Shown: one piece after another, positions 1 through 12,820 of the stretch
Layout of the letters: each line of letters begins with the position of its first letter
How positions within the stretch are numbered: position 1 is the first letter of the stretch
Assembly: GCA_038087875.1 (NCBI GenBank)
Contig: CM075995.1
Coordinates: forward strand, 9,426,001-9,490,000
Origin: Malacoraja senta
Taxonomy: Eukaryota
Reading direction: 5' to 3'
Length of the DNA stretch: 64,000 nucleotides
The notes under the pieces: model-generated
What the model was told of the DNA's origin: nothing
Seen by the model: the letters and a program-made list of their open reading frames with translations, nothing else
Databases searched by the model: none
Position numbers and translations under genes: made by a program

Positions 1-403
1 ACGGGACCGCTATTGCCACAGAGGGTGTGCGGGGGAGAGGGGTGAGTGATGAGGGAGAGAGAGACGGGACCAGAGCCTCCACTGGGTCACTGAACCCGCG
101 GCCGTCGCCGGTGGGGCAGGAAGGGGCTTCGCCGTCCCAGCCGTGGCATTGACTGACAGGAGAGCAGACCAATCTGCGTGGTGCTGACTGAAGGAATCTG
201 CGCATGCGTGTTTTTAAAGATTTTTAAACCTCGATAACTTTTATTATATACCACCGATCAGAACGAAACTTGTTGCACTCGCAGTACAGGAGAACGGTGA
301 GTAAACTGGCGAAAAATTGTAGGACTATCGCGTACCGTTTTTGCGGAAATAGCAAAACCCGCAAACCGGAAGATCACAAGATCAGAGTTTTAGTTATGTA
401 TAG
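1..403 (-). mobile_element. Putative non-autonomous Helitron-like element (5' part, runs off the window)
   Basis: Minus strand starts TCTATACATAACTAAAACTCTGATCTTG and is similar to 51850-52190 (ccgcaaaaac, ctacaatttt, gtttcgttc, aaaagttat, gcgcatgcgcag). Confidence 0.4.
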
Positions 404-538
404 AGGATAGATACAATGTGGCCCAAGTAAATTGGAATCAAAGCTTAGCTGGGAAAGCTCATTGAACACTGGGACACCTTTAAGATGAAGATGTTTCCTT
501 TGCAACGTAGATACATTCCTTAGTTTAGTTTATTGTCA

Positions 539-858
539 AAGCCCTGTCCCACTGTACGAGTTCATTCCAAGAGCTCTCCCGAGTTTGCCCTGATTCGAAC
601 TCGGAGATTTACGGTAATGGCCGCTCGTAGGTACTCGGGGCTCTCGTGAACATTTTTCAACATGTTGAAAAATCTTCACGAGTCTTCACGAGCTTACTAT
701 GTTTCCCAAGTACCTGCCGTTAGCATTACGAGCCTCTAAGAGACGTCCCCGAGCTCCGACGTACCCGCTACATTCATTCTACGTGCTTACCACGAGTTTG
801 ATTTTTTTTTTAAACTCGGGGGAGCTCTTGAATGAACTCGTACAGTGGGACAGGGCTT
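539..858. mobile_element. MITE with about 40-bp TIRs (PIF/Harbinger-like)
   Basis: TIR AAGCCCTGTCCCACTGTACGAGTTCATTC... at both ends, 3-bp TSD TCA (536-538 / 859-861) splitting a host repeat, internal palindrome around tttttcaacatgttgaaaaa. Confidence 0.8.
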
Positions 859-1559
859 TCACATGTACCGAGACTAAAGACTAGCAGCAAATGTAAAGAG
901 GAATCCAAAAAATATTATAAATAGATAACCAGGAAAAAGGTTAAATGAGAAGAGGTGGGTCAGTCGATGACCAGAAAGAAGTCTATTCACGAAGGCAAGG
1001 ATGCCGTTCACGATTTTTAGTTTGTTTTGGGTGGCACGATGGCGGAGCTGTGGAGCTGCTGCCTCACAGCGCCACAGACCCGGGTTCGACAATTTAACAT
1101 TTAACCGAGCCAATCAGGCTTGCAACTCAATAGAAGGAATGGGTGATGCTTCAAGTCGAGACCCTTCTACCAACTGAGAGTCAGGGGAGAGGTAGACACA
1201 GGGATATGGAAGGGTGAGGTGTGAAAACGAGAGATCAGAGGGGCGAAGATCAAGGAAAAAGTAGAGCAGTTCATTGTTAGCTGAGGGGAAGGCTTCTCTT
1301 CTTCTGTCGTGTGTCTTTTAGATCTGCAGCTCCGTTGAGGTGAGCCAGGCCAACGTGTCATCGTCCAGGTCAATCAGACCTCGTTCACCATTCGGTGGCC
1401 GGTGTTTGGGGCAACTGGTGACGATGTGCTCCACTGTCTGTGTTGGGTCCCCACACTCGCTGTCCACGAGGCCCCACCTTGAGGGGAAGGCGACAATGAG
1501 GCATACAATGATAAAATTTAATCAGGAGGCAGTCAGGCTAGTCGGAGAACTGGGATAGG

Positions 1560-1800
1560 GAGGGGTGGAGAGAGAGGGAAAGCAAGGGTTACTTGAAGTT
1601 GGAGAAGTCAGTTATCATACCGTTGGATTGTAATCAAAATATAAGCTGCCCAAGCAAAATATGAGGTGCTGTTCCTCCAATTTGCGCTGGGCCTCATTCT
1701 GTCAGTGGAGGAGGCCCAGGACAGAAAGGGCAGTGGGAATGGGAGGGGGAGTCAAGGGTTTTGCAACCGGGAGATCATGTGGGACTAGGCGGACTGAGCG
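1560..1800 (-). mobile_element. Penelope-like endonuclease 3' fragment
   Basis: Reverse complement similar to 26100-26330 (gaggtgctgttcctccaatttgcgctgggcctc). Confidence 0.65.
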
Positions 1801-1834
1801 TATCCCTGTGTCTCCCACTCCCCTGACTCTCAGT

Positions 1835-1862
1835 CTGAAGAAGGGTCTCGACCCGAAACATC
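1835..1862 (+). ncRNA. Minimal hammerhead core, sense to HIVEP1
   Basis: CUGAAGA-A-GGGUCUCGACCC-GAAAC-AUC. Confidence 0.55.
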
Positions 1863-2311
1863 ACCCATTCCTTCTATCCAGAGATGCTGCCTGCCCGCTG
1901 AGTTACTTCAGCATTTTGTGTCTATCCTGCAAACCTGTACCTTTTTCGGAGTGTGGGAGGAAAGCAAGAGCTCCTAGAGAAGACCCACGCAGGTCACGGA
2001 GAGAACGTACAAACTCCGTACACACAGCACCCGTAGTCAGGATCAATAGACAATAGGTGCAGGAGTAGGCCATTCGGCCCTTCGAGCCAGCACCGCCATT
2101 CAATGTGATCATGGCTGATCGAACCCAGGTCTCTGGCGCTGGAAGGCAGCGACTCTACCGCTGGGCCATTGTGCCGTCCTTGATTGGAGAAAGCTAGCGT
2201 GAATTTATTAAATGTAAATTATCTTATTAATGATTTTGGGGTTATACCTTTATATGGTTTGGCTGCTGTATTTCCTACATTACGCAGTGACTACACGTCA
2301 CAGCTTCTTCA

Positions 2312-2947
2312 CTTCATAGCAAAAGGATTTGAGTATAGGAGCAGGGAGGTTCTACTGCAGTTGTACAGGGTCTTGGTGAGACCACACCTGGAGTATTGCG
2401 TACAGTTTTGGTCTCCTAATCTGAGGAAAGATATTCTTGCCATAGAGGGAGTACAGAGAAGGTTCACCAGACTGATTCCTGGGATGGCAGGACTTTCATA
2501 TGAAGAAAGACTGGATAGACTCGGCTTGTACTCTCTAGAATTTAGAAGATTGAGGGGGGATCTTATAGAAACTTACAAAATTCTTAAGGGGTTGGACAGG
2601 CTAGATGCAGGAAGATTGTTCCCGATGTTGGGGAAGTCCAGGACAAGGGGTCACAGTTTAAGGATAGGGGGGAAATCTTTTAGGACCGATATGAGAAAAA
2701 CATTTTTCACACAGAGAGTGGTGAATCTGTGGAATTCTCTGCCACAGAAGGTAGTTGAGGCCAGTTCATTGGCTATATTTAAGAGGGAGTTAGATGTGGC
2801 CCTTGTGGCTAAAGGGATCAGGGGGTATGGAGAGGAGGCAGGTACAGGATACTGAGTTGGATGATCAGCCATGATCATATTGAATGGCGGTGCAGGCTCG
2901 AAGGGCCGAATGGCCTACTCCTGCACCTATTTTCTATGTTTCTATGT
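2312..2947 (+). mobile_element. CR1 LINE 3' fragment
   Basis: RPHLEYCVQFWSP...QRVVNLWNSLP, 3' hairpin and tttctatg tail. Confidence 0.9.
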
Positions 2948-3708
2948 AATTGCAAAGCAGTGGGAAATATCTTAAAGTTGTGCAAGCCCCACTATATTCT
3001 CTCCTTGGAAAGCCACAAGCCAAGTAGCTGAATGATACTTCCAGAGACACGGATACTTGTCAGAGTGTAATTAGTCTCGTCCTTCCTTAGTCTTTTTCTT
3101 TCAGATGTCTCCGTTTTGTTTCCAAACATTCCTCTGCATTCCTGTAGCAACGAAAAATGTAGTGGATGTTTAGTCTGTTTCAGATGAAAGGGATTTTATT
3201 ACACGTTAATTTAGGTGATAAAAATGTTATGCTGTGCCATAAAGAGAAGCACAAAATCATTGCCCCTGCCTTACCCGTTATATATTCCTGAACCACACAC
3301 AAGATCTCATGAACACCAAGGACAGCTGCGTTTATTTGAATTGCCATGTTGCCTGCACATAGAAAGTAATGTCTTGATTGTACACGTTGGAATATCCTGA
3401 CAATGTAAAACATATTGGTGAAAATAGTTACATTTATGACAAAAGTGTCATTTTAGCTGTGATTTTGGCAGTAATTCTTTACATATCATTGAATTTCATG
3501 GATTAGTCTTCCAACATGGATCTCTTAATACTGAAGTCACAGTCATACATCATGGGAGCAGGCCCATTCTCCTGCCTTCTCCCCATAACCCTTGACATCC
3601 GTACTAATCAAGAATCTATCTATCTCTGTGTTAAAAATATCTATTAACTTGGCCTCCACAGCCGTCAGTGGCAATGAATTCAACAGATTCAACACCCGTT
3701 TCCTATCC

Positions 3709-3920
3709 AAGGTAGACAAAAATGCTGGAGAAACTCAGCGGATGAGGCAGCATCTATGGAGAGAAGGAATAGGCGACGTTTCTGGTCTTGACCCGTTATC
3801 AGGATCTTGACCCGAAACGTCACCGATTTCCTTCTCTCCATAGATGCTGCCTCACCCGCTGAGTTACTCCAGCATTTTTGTCTACCTTCGATTTTTCCAG
3901 CATATGCAGTTCTTTCTTAA
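3709..3920. repeat. Penelope-pLTR-derived imperfect palindrome
   Basis: Arms aggtagacaaaaatgctggag... and ...ctccagcatttttgtctacct. Confidence 0.7.
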
Positions 3921-5959
3921 ACTTTTCCTATCCATGTACCTGTCCGAGTACTTTTATTGTGCCTGCCTCAAACTACCTTGGGCAGCTCGATCCCTTCACC
4001 CACCACCCTGTGTGTGAATAGGTCCTCTGAGAAAAATATGAATTTTAAATAATACATACATGTTAATTGGGTTTATTCTGAATGTGGGGCTCATTGTTTG
4101 ACTTTGAAATGAAGTCAAGCAACAAAAATGGCTTGCGACATCTTTGAAGTTGTCAGAAGTAGTCGGTAAGTACACCTGCACGCACCTGTCTGCATCAGGT
4201 CTTCCAGAGGTGAAGAGGGCAACAATTAGCAGTGACCTGTGATCATCCTCACAGACCCAACCGCCTTGTGTCAAAGGGAAGGGAAAAGGTTAAACAAGCA
4301 ATGCCCAGCTTAAAACATTTATTTTTGTGTTTGTCCAACAACGGAGTTGATGTCTAAAGGGCAAAGGGCTGCAATGTCTTGGGAGTAAGTAAGAAAGGGG
4401 TCAGAGAAAGAATATAACACAACATTTAATCTGCAAAGGAGGTCTGACTGATTGTAAGGGATCAGGGAATTATGCCATTCTTTGCTGCTGTGGGAGATTA
4501 CCAGGAATTGTTCAAACAAATCTAATGCTTTTAACCTAACTATTTTTCTTAAGCAAAGTAGATGTTCCTTAGGAGGAATAGTTCATTGTAGAGTTGAGAA
4601 TCATACAATTCTTGCATCACTTTTATTGCTGGATGCCAAAACTGAACATGATGATAGCTACCTTATACACAGTTTTAAATGCTTGAAGAGGACTTCAGAA
4701 TCAAATAATAATAGTCCTGATAAACACAAAATGCTCGAGTAACTCAGCGGGTCAGGCAGCATCTCTGGCGAACATGACTCTATGACTCTAACATGGATAG
4801 GTGATGTTAAGTGTAGTTTAATTTATTGTCACGTGTACCGAGGTACAGTGAAAAGCTTTTGTTGCGTGCTAACCAGTCAGCAGAAAGATAACACATGATT
4901 ACAATCGAGCCATTTACAGTGTACAGTGTACAGATTAAGGGAATAGTGATCATTGTAAGATAAAGTCCAGTAAAGTCTGATTAAAGATAGTCTGAGGGTC
5001 TCCAATGAGGTCGGTTGTAGCTCAGGTTTGCTCTCTAGTTGTAGATAGGATGGTTCAGTTGCATGATAACGTTTCAGGCCGGGACCCTTCTTCAGACTGA
5101 AGATCAAGTCTGAGGAAGGGTCCTGACCCAAAACATCACCTATCCATGTTCTCCACAGATGCTGCCTGACCCGCTGAGTTACTCCAGCACTCTGTGTCCT
5201 TTCATGCATTAACCAGCACTGCAGTTTTTTGTTTCTACATGTGTAGTGGCATATAATCAAAGTCTTTGTCGCCAAATGTTTATGGACGGTGCCAAAATGA
5301 AGCGAGTTTCTTTAAAAATCAGTATTTAGGGAAAGTGCATGCCACCTACAGACACAAATGTGAAGTGAATCTGATACAAGCAGACATGGTCCGAACTTAG
5401 TCACCTGCGAACCAAATGGATCTTCAGTTTCAGTCAACATACAAGATTCCACAGATTCTTACGTCTCGATAACGGAGAAAGAGAAAGAGGAGAAAAATAC
5501 CAAATAGGAGTGTTAGAAATATCCTTTATAATATGAATTGGTGTAAACGTTTAGCTAACTACATACGCAATCTCAACATTTATTTCAAGATATGAAAAAT
5601 AGTAAATTGAAATGAACTATCTATAAGATAAGTTGAAGAAAGACACAAAATGCTGGAGGGCAGGTAGCATCCTGTGACGCCACCCATTCCTTCTCTCCAG
5701 AGATACTGCCTGACCTGCTTAGTTGCTCCAGAATGTTGTGTCTATCTTCGGTGTAAACCAGCATCTACAGTTCCTTCCTACACCAGAGACAGGCTGATCC
5801 AAGCTATATGTATAAAATGCAGTCGCAGCTGAATTGGAACACAGTAAATGCATGTTTGAAATCAGTATGAGCCTAGCACAGTGATAGCAAGATAACAGCC
5901 CATAAGTTGCAGAAGTTTTCAAAAGTACGTGTATTGATGTAAAATAATGTCTCTAGTAT

Positions 5960-6380
5960 TAGGCCCGTCTCGGTCATGACTGACCATGGGTGATGTGTGG
6001 TCGGATGCAAGCCTGGGCGATGTCATATGGAGGACAGGCTGTTGCCTATGCAGCACGTCCCCCCCCCCCCCCCCTCTCCACGTCGCTGATCGATCCAAAG
6101 GAACAGCAGGGCCGTTACAGTTTGGCACCAGCGCCGTCGCAGGAGCTGCCAGAGCGAGGTTGTAGACAACCTCCGGCTCCGACTCCGGATTTTCTTGAGG
6201 TTTACTCCTGGAGCCTTTTCCATGACTGGATATGGCCACAAGGCAGTGGAGGTTTTAAATCAGAGTTTTCCCTCTCCTAGATGGACTGCCTTCCCAGGCC
6301 GACGAGCCCCATCTGCCCGAGACCCGTGGGGGTGGGAGCGTCTACCTTCCCGTGCAGGTCTACAGCACCTGCCCACTGCC
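5960..6380 (-). mobile_element. Probable RTE-derived non-autonomous retroposon (5'UTR-like)
   Basis: Minus strand ggcagatggggctcgtcggcctgggaaggcagtccatctaggagagggaaaactctgatt resembles vertebrate RTE 5'UTR-derived repeats as I recall them. Confidence 0.45.
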
Positions 6381-6719
6381 CAAATAATGTCCCTAGTGTG
6401 CGTAGGATAGTGTTAATGTGCGGGGATCGCTGGTCAGTGTGGATTCGGTGGGCCGAAGGGCCTGTTTTAGAGTTGTATCGCTAAACTGAAAAGGACATCC
6501 TTTGAGCAGATATATGGATAGGAAGGGCTTAGATAGATATGGCCAAATGACGGCAAATAGGAAGAGCCCTGTGTGCTTACTTGCTTGTCATGGACAAGGT
6601 GGACCCAAGGGCCTGTCTCCGTGTTGTACAGTTCTATGGCTACCATAGATGAGGCAGATGGTGCTTAACTGAACAGAGGGATGAGTAGTCGGCAAATAGT
6701 ACACTCCTTTTGCCATTTA

Positions 6720-7015
6720 CTTTAGTTTAGTTTAGAGATGCAGCGTGGAATCTGGCCCTTCGGCCCATCGAGTTTGCGCCGACCAGCGATCCTCGCATGC
6801 TAACATTTTCCTACACACACCAGGGACAATTTACCAAGCCAATTAGCCTACAAACCTGTACGTCTTGAGTGTGGGAGGAAACCGGAGCACCCGGAGAAAA
6901 CCCTCGCAGGTCACGGGGAGAACGTACAAACTCCGTACAGACAGCACCCGTAGTCAGGATTAAACTCGGGTCTCTGGCGCTATAAGGCAGTAACTCTACC
7001 GCTGTGCCACCGTGC
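6720..7015 (-). mobile_element. V-SINE (HE1-like)
   Basis: Reverse complement of the 32070-32390 type. Confidence 0.82.
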
Positions 7016-7341
7016 CAGCCACATTTACTCTGGGATTCTGAGTGTTCTCAACAAAGGGATTTGAAGTTTTCAGTACTAGGCCTAAAACAGGCATTGCCAA
7101 AGGTATCATCATCACCTTGAGTAGTCAAGAGCTGGCGATACCCACAAGTTGGAGAGATTGCACATTTCTTTTCAAGGTGGGTTTGTAAACATCCGTCCTT
7201 GAATCATTTCCTCTGTCTACCTAGTAATCTTCTGCCCTGATGGAGCTCGAGAGTAGAATGACTGATTTGAGGAGTCGGGTGTATGGTATGTGAATTATGA
7301 GACCTGCCCACGAGAGTGTGATTAAAGCTTCAGTTATGGCT

Positions 7342-7638
7342 TTAGACTTCAGAGATACAGCGCGGAAACAGGCCCGTCGACCCACCGAGTCCACGCCGAC
7401 CATCGATCACTGTACACTAGCATCCTACACACAGGACAATTTACAATGTACGGATGCCAATTAACCTAGAAACCTGCACGTCTTTGGAGTGCGGGAGGAA
7501 ACCGGAGCACCCGGAGAAAACCCACCCGGTCACGGGGAGAACGTACAAACTCCGTACAGACAGCACCCGTAGTCAGGAACAAATCTGGGTCTCCGATGCT
7601 GTAAGGCAGCAACTCGACCGCTGCGCTACTGTGACACC
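7342..7638 (-). mobile_element. V-SINE (HE1-like)
   Basis: Same family. Confidence 0.8.
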
Positions 7639-8319
7639 ATTGGATGTTGGCCTGACGGGGGGCACTAACATTGGTGTCCATGTCCCATCATTGGACATGG
7701 AAGAATCTCGCAGAGACAGAATTGGTTGTACTGAAGATAGACACAAAATAATGGAGTAACTTATCAGGTCATGCGGCATCTCTGGAGAAATAGAATAGGT
7801 GACATTTTGGGTTGGAACCCTTCTTCAGGCCTGACCCGAAACGTCACCTATTCACAAAAACAGTGCCCTTTAGCCCACCTTGTCCACGCCAACCAATTTG
7901 GCATACTGGGCTGGTCCTATTTGCTGCCAGCATTTGACCGATATCCATTTGAACCTTTCCTATCCTTCTTTAAAGACTGTAAGCACTCTTTACATCAAGA
8001 CAGCAAAGACTGCCCTGCAATCAAAGTAGAGGCCCACAATCTCCCAAGATTCTAAATCTCAGACACCAAACTTGTGCTACTGCTGCAAGTAAAAATGTCA
8101 TTGTTCCAGTTCGGTACATATATGACAATAAAACACTCTTGACTTGAGATTTATATAAAGAGTCAAGAGAATCAAGGGTATCTGAAGAAGGGTCTCGACC
8201 CAAAACGTCACCCATTCCTTCTCTCCTGAGATGCTGTCTGTCCCGTTGAGTTACTCCAGCACTTTGTGTCCATCTTCGGTTTAAACCAGCATCTGCAGTT
8301 CCTCCCTACACAACCAAGG

Positions 8320-8840
8320 GTGTTTTATTGTCAATGGAGATGGAACAATGAAATTGTTAATTGCAGCAGTACAGCAGATATATAAACATAGTTCTCTGTA
8401 AAACCCTGTCTACACGACAAAGTTCAGTATCTAGAGAAAACACAGACAAATAAATCAACAATTATGAGCAAAGTCAAAAATAATGCCCCCATCTATATAG
8501 TTTGGAGTCTATTTGGAGGTTGTAGTGTTTAATAGCCTCATGGCTGTAGGGAAGAAGCTGTTCCTGAACCTGGACGTTACAGTTTTCAGGCTCCTGTACC
8601 TTCTTCCCGATTGAGATGAGTGTGTGGCCAGGGTGGTGTGGGTCTCTGATGATGCTGGCTGCCTTTTTGAGGCAGTGACTCCTGTAGATCCCTTCAATGG
8701 TGGGGAGGTCAGTACCTGTGATGGACCGGGTTAGGGTTAGGGTTCACTACCTTTTGCAATCATTTGTGCTCCTGAGTGTTTGGGTTGCCAAACCAGGCCG
8801 TGATTCGACCAGCCAATATGCTCTCTACTGTAGACGTTCA
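8320..8840 (-). mobile_element. Rex1/Babar-type 3' fragment
   Basis: SGRRYRSLKTVTSRFRNSFFPTAMRLLN on the minus strand. Confidence 0.75.
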
Positions 8841-9719
8841 AGAGAAACAATGAGACACAAGCAACTGCAGGTGCTGGTTTACTAAAGAGGACACAGAGTG
8901 CTGGAGTAACTCAGCAGGTCAGGCGGCATCTCTGGAAAACATGGATAGGTGACGATTCAGGTCTGGTCCCTTCTTCAGACGTAGAAAGTTTCAGCACAGG
9001 AAAGGTTAATAGCATCTGTGATGATCTCCTTGTCTGCCTCCCCTTTTAACTGTCTGGTTGAAAAAAACAAGCCCATTGTATTGCAAGCAGTCTCAGTGTC
9101 TCTGGCATTCCATGATAAATTACAATGCTACTTCCTGGCATAGCATTTAACAAAGGGGTTTTTACAAAATATGTTGCTGTTCGTGAACATGATTACATAA
9201 TTTACTACATTAGATACATCAGAATTCTCTTAAGTCTTATCTGAAAGTACGTTCCATTGTGAATTCATTTGTGATCTAGTTTTATAGAATAATTCTACTA
9301 GGTTGTAATGCTGGATGGTTTCTTGCTTAACTATTTCATTCTTCTACACACTTCCAATTATTCTGCATAATATTGTTATACAAGTGGCAATGGGTGTGAG
9401 GATTGGATTCTTTAACATTCCAACACTCTTTAACACCAAGCACCAGTCTTCTCATTTTCTTGCAGTACAGCTTCTGCTTTGTGGACACCGTGGCGTGTTA
9501 CCAAAGGACATTGTCATCTACATTCTCATCTACCAACCATAAGATACACACAAAATGCTGGGTCAGGCCAAATCTCTGGAGAACATGGATAGGTTTAGGG
9601 TCTAGACTCGTCCACAGACAAATGGTGGTGGAGGGAGGGGGAAGGATGCTGGAAGAAAGGAGGGGCAGGACAAATCCTGGCAAGTAATAGATGGAATAAC
9701 AAGGAGCTGCAGACAGACA

Positions 9720-10742
9720 GACACCGAGTGCTGGAGTAATTCAGCGGGTGGGTCAGGCAGCATCTGTGGAGAACATGGATAGGTGATGTTTCACAGAGTG
9801 CTGGAGTAACTCAGCGGGTCAGGCAGCATCTGTGGAGAACATGGATAGGTGACGTTTCACAGAGTGCTGGAGTAACTCAGCGGGTCAGGCAGCATCTGTG
9901 GAGAACATGGATAGGTGACGTTTCACAGAGTGCTGGAGTAACTCAGCGGGTCAGGCAGCATCTGTGGAGAACATGGATAGGTGACGTTTCACCAAATCTG
10001 AGGAAGGACATTATAGCCATAGAGGGAGTGCAGAGAAGGTTCACCAGACTGATTCCTGGGATGTCAGGACTTTCATATGAAGAAAGACTGGATAGACTTG
10101 GCTTATACTCGCTAGAATTTAGGAGATTGAGAGGGGATCTTATAGAAACGTACAAGATTCTTATGGGGTTGGACAGGCTAGATGCAGGAAGATTGTTCCC
10201 GATGTTGGGGAAGTCCAGGACAAGGGGTCACAGCTTAAGGATAAGGGGAAAATCCTTTAAGACCGAGATGAGGAAAAACTTTTTCACACAGAGAGTGGTG
10301 AATCTCTGGAACTCTCTGCCACAGAGGGTAGTTGAGGCCAGTTCATTGGCTATATTTAAGAGGTAATTAGATGTGGCCCTTGTGGCTAAAGGGATCAGGG
10401 GGTATGGAGAGAAGGCAGGTACGGGATACTGAGTTGGATGATCAGCCATGATCGTATTGAATGGCGGTGCAGGCTCGAAGGGCCGAATGGCCTACTCCTG
10501 CACCTAATTTCTATGTATCTATGTATCTATGGATAGGTGACGCTTCACAGAGTGCTGGAGTAACTCTGGGTCAGGCAGCATCTGTGGAGAACATGGATAG
10601 GTGACGTTTCATAGAGTGCTGGAGTAACTCAGCGGGTCAGGCAGCATCTGTGGAGAACATGGATAGGTGACGTTTCACAGAGTGCTGGAGTAACTCAGCG
10701 GGTCAGGCAGCTGCTCTGGAGAAAAGGAATAGGTGACGATTC
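9720..10742 (+). repeat. 66-bp minisatellite array interrupted by a CR1 3' fragment (9991-10530)
   Basis: Unit cagagtgctggagtaactcagcgggtcaggcagcatctgtggagaacatggataggtgacgtttca. Confidence 0.9.
9991..10530 (+). mobile_element. CR1 LINE 3' fragment
   Basis: Same CR1 ORF2 C-terminus and tail. Confidence 0.88.
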
Positions 10743-10810
10743 AGGTCGAGGCCCTTCTTCTTCAGACTCAAGATCCATCTGAAGAAGGGTTCGACCCAAA
10801 ATGTCACCTA

Positions 10811-12420
10811 CAGTGGCTTGCAAAAGTATTCATACCCCTTGAACTTTTCCACATTTTGTCACGTTACAACCACAAACGTAAATGTATTTTATTGGGATTT
10901 TATGTGATAGACCAACACAAAGTGGCGCATAATTGTGAAGTGGAAGGAAAATGATACTTGGTTTTTAAATTTTTTTACAAATAACAAACTGAAAAGTGTC
11001 GCGTGCAAAAGTATTCAGCCAACTTTACTCTGATATCCCTAAATAAAATCCAGTGCAACCAATTGCCTTCAGAAGTCATCTAATTAGTAAATAGAGTCCA
11101 CTTGTGTGTAATCTAATCTCAGTATAAATACAGCTGTTCTGTGAAGGCCTCAGAGGTTTGTTAGAGAACATTAGTGAACAAACAGCATCATGAAGCCCAA
11201 GGAACACACCAGACAGGTCAGGGATAAAGTTGTGGAGAAGTTTAAAGCAGGGTTAGGTTATAAACAAATATCCCAAGCTTTGAACATCTCATGGAGCACT
11301 GTTCAATCCATCATCCGAAAATGGAAAGAGTATGGCACAACTGCAAACCTACCAAGACATGGCCGTCCACCTAAACTGACAGGCCGGGCAAGGAGAGCAT
11401 TGATCAGAGAAGCAGCCAAGTGGCCCATGGTAACTCTGGAGGAGCTGCAGAGATCCACAGCTCAGGTGGGAGAATCTGTCCACAGGACAACTATTAGTCG
11501 TGCACTCCACAAATCGGGCCTTTATGGAAGAGTGGCAAGAAGAAAGCCATTGTTGAAAAAAAGCCATAAGAAGACCCGTTTGCATTTTGCCACAAGCCAC
11601 GTGGGGACACAGCAAACATGTGGAGGAAGGTGCTCTGGTCAGATGAGACCAAAATTGAAGTTTTTGGCCTAAATGCAAAACGCTATGTGTGGCGGAAACC
11701 TAACACTGCACATCACCCTGAACACACCATCCCCACTGTGAAACATGGTGGTGGCAGCATCATGCTGTGGGGATGCTTTTCTTCAGCAGGGACAGGGAAG
11801 CTGGTCAGAGTTGATGGGAAGATGGATGGAGCCAAATACAGGGCAATCTTGGAAGAAAACCTGTTAGAGTCTGCAAAAGACTTGAGACTGGGGCGGAGGT
11901 TCACCTTCCAGCAGGACAACAACCCTAAACATACAGCCAGAGCTACAATGGAATGGTTTAGATCAAACCATATTCATGTGTTAGAATGGCCCAGTCAAAG
12001 TCCAGACCTAAATCCAATTGAGAATCTCTGGCAAGAATTGAAAATTGCTGTTCACAGACGCTCTCCATCCAATCTGACTGAGCTTGAGCTATTTTGCAAA
12101 GAAGAATGGGCAAAAATTTCAATCTCTAGATGTGCAAAGCTGGTAGAGACATACCCCAAAAGACTTGCAGCTGTAATTGCAGCGAAAGGTGGTTCTACAA
12201 AGTATTGACTCAGGGGGGCTGAATACACTTGCACGCGACACTTTTCCGTTTTTTATTTGTAAAAAAATTTGAAAACCATGTATAATTTTCCTTCCACTTC
12301 ACAATTATGCACCACTTTGTGTTGGTCTATCACATAAAAACCCAATAAAATACATTTGTGGTTGTAACGTGACAAAATGTGGAAAAGTTCAAGGGGTATG
12401 AAAACCTTTTCAAGCCACTG
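10811..12420 (+). mobile_element. Full-length Tc1 (DD34E) IR/DR DNA transposon, Passport-like
   Basis: TA target duplication at 10809-10810 and 12421-12422. TIRs of about 205-210 bp (10811-11020; 12217-12420) start CAGTGGCTTG, each with outer and inner direct repeats (tgcaaaagtattca). Internal transposase present. Confidence 0.95.
11190..12208 (+). pseudogene. Tc1 transposase with a single frameshift
   Basis: ORFs 11190-11672 (paired-like HTH, GRPPKL) and 11618-12208 (WSDETK, FQQDN-34aa-PIENLW, KGGSTKY*) join into a 339-aa protein if one G is added to the G run at 11603-11606 (HVG-D-TANMW). Confidence 0.92.
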
Positions 12421-12579
12421 TATGTCTTCTCCGCCTGTATTCATCTATTACTTATTTTATAAACCAATATCTGTAGTTCCTTATAGAAACAAAGGAACTG
12501 TAGATGCTGGTTTATACCAAAGATAGATACAAAGTGCTGAAGTAAGTGGGTCAGTAATTCAGAAGAAGGGTCTTGATCC

Positions 12580-12820
12580 GAAACGTCACATATCCATGTT
12601 TTCCAGAGATGCTGCCTGACCCGCTGAGTTACTCCAGCACTCTGTGAAATGTCACCTATCCATGTTCTCCACAGATGCTGCCTGACCCGCTGAGTTACTC
12701 CAGCACTCTGTGAAACATCACCTATCCATGTTCTCCACATATGTTGCCTGACCCGCAGAGTTACTCCAGCACTCTGAAACATCACCTATCCATGTTCTCC
12801 ACAGATGTTGCCTGACCCGC
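12580..12820 (-). repeat. 66-bp minisatellite, about 3.5 units
   Basis: Reverse complement of the same unit. Confidence 0.85.

Noticed and set aside
6300..6380. HDV-like ribozyme at the RTE-like 5' end
   Set aside because: I could not build the nested double pseudoknot by eye.
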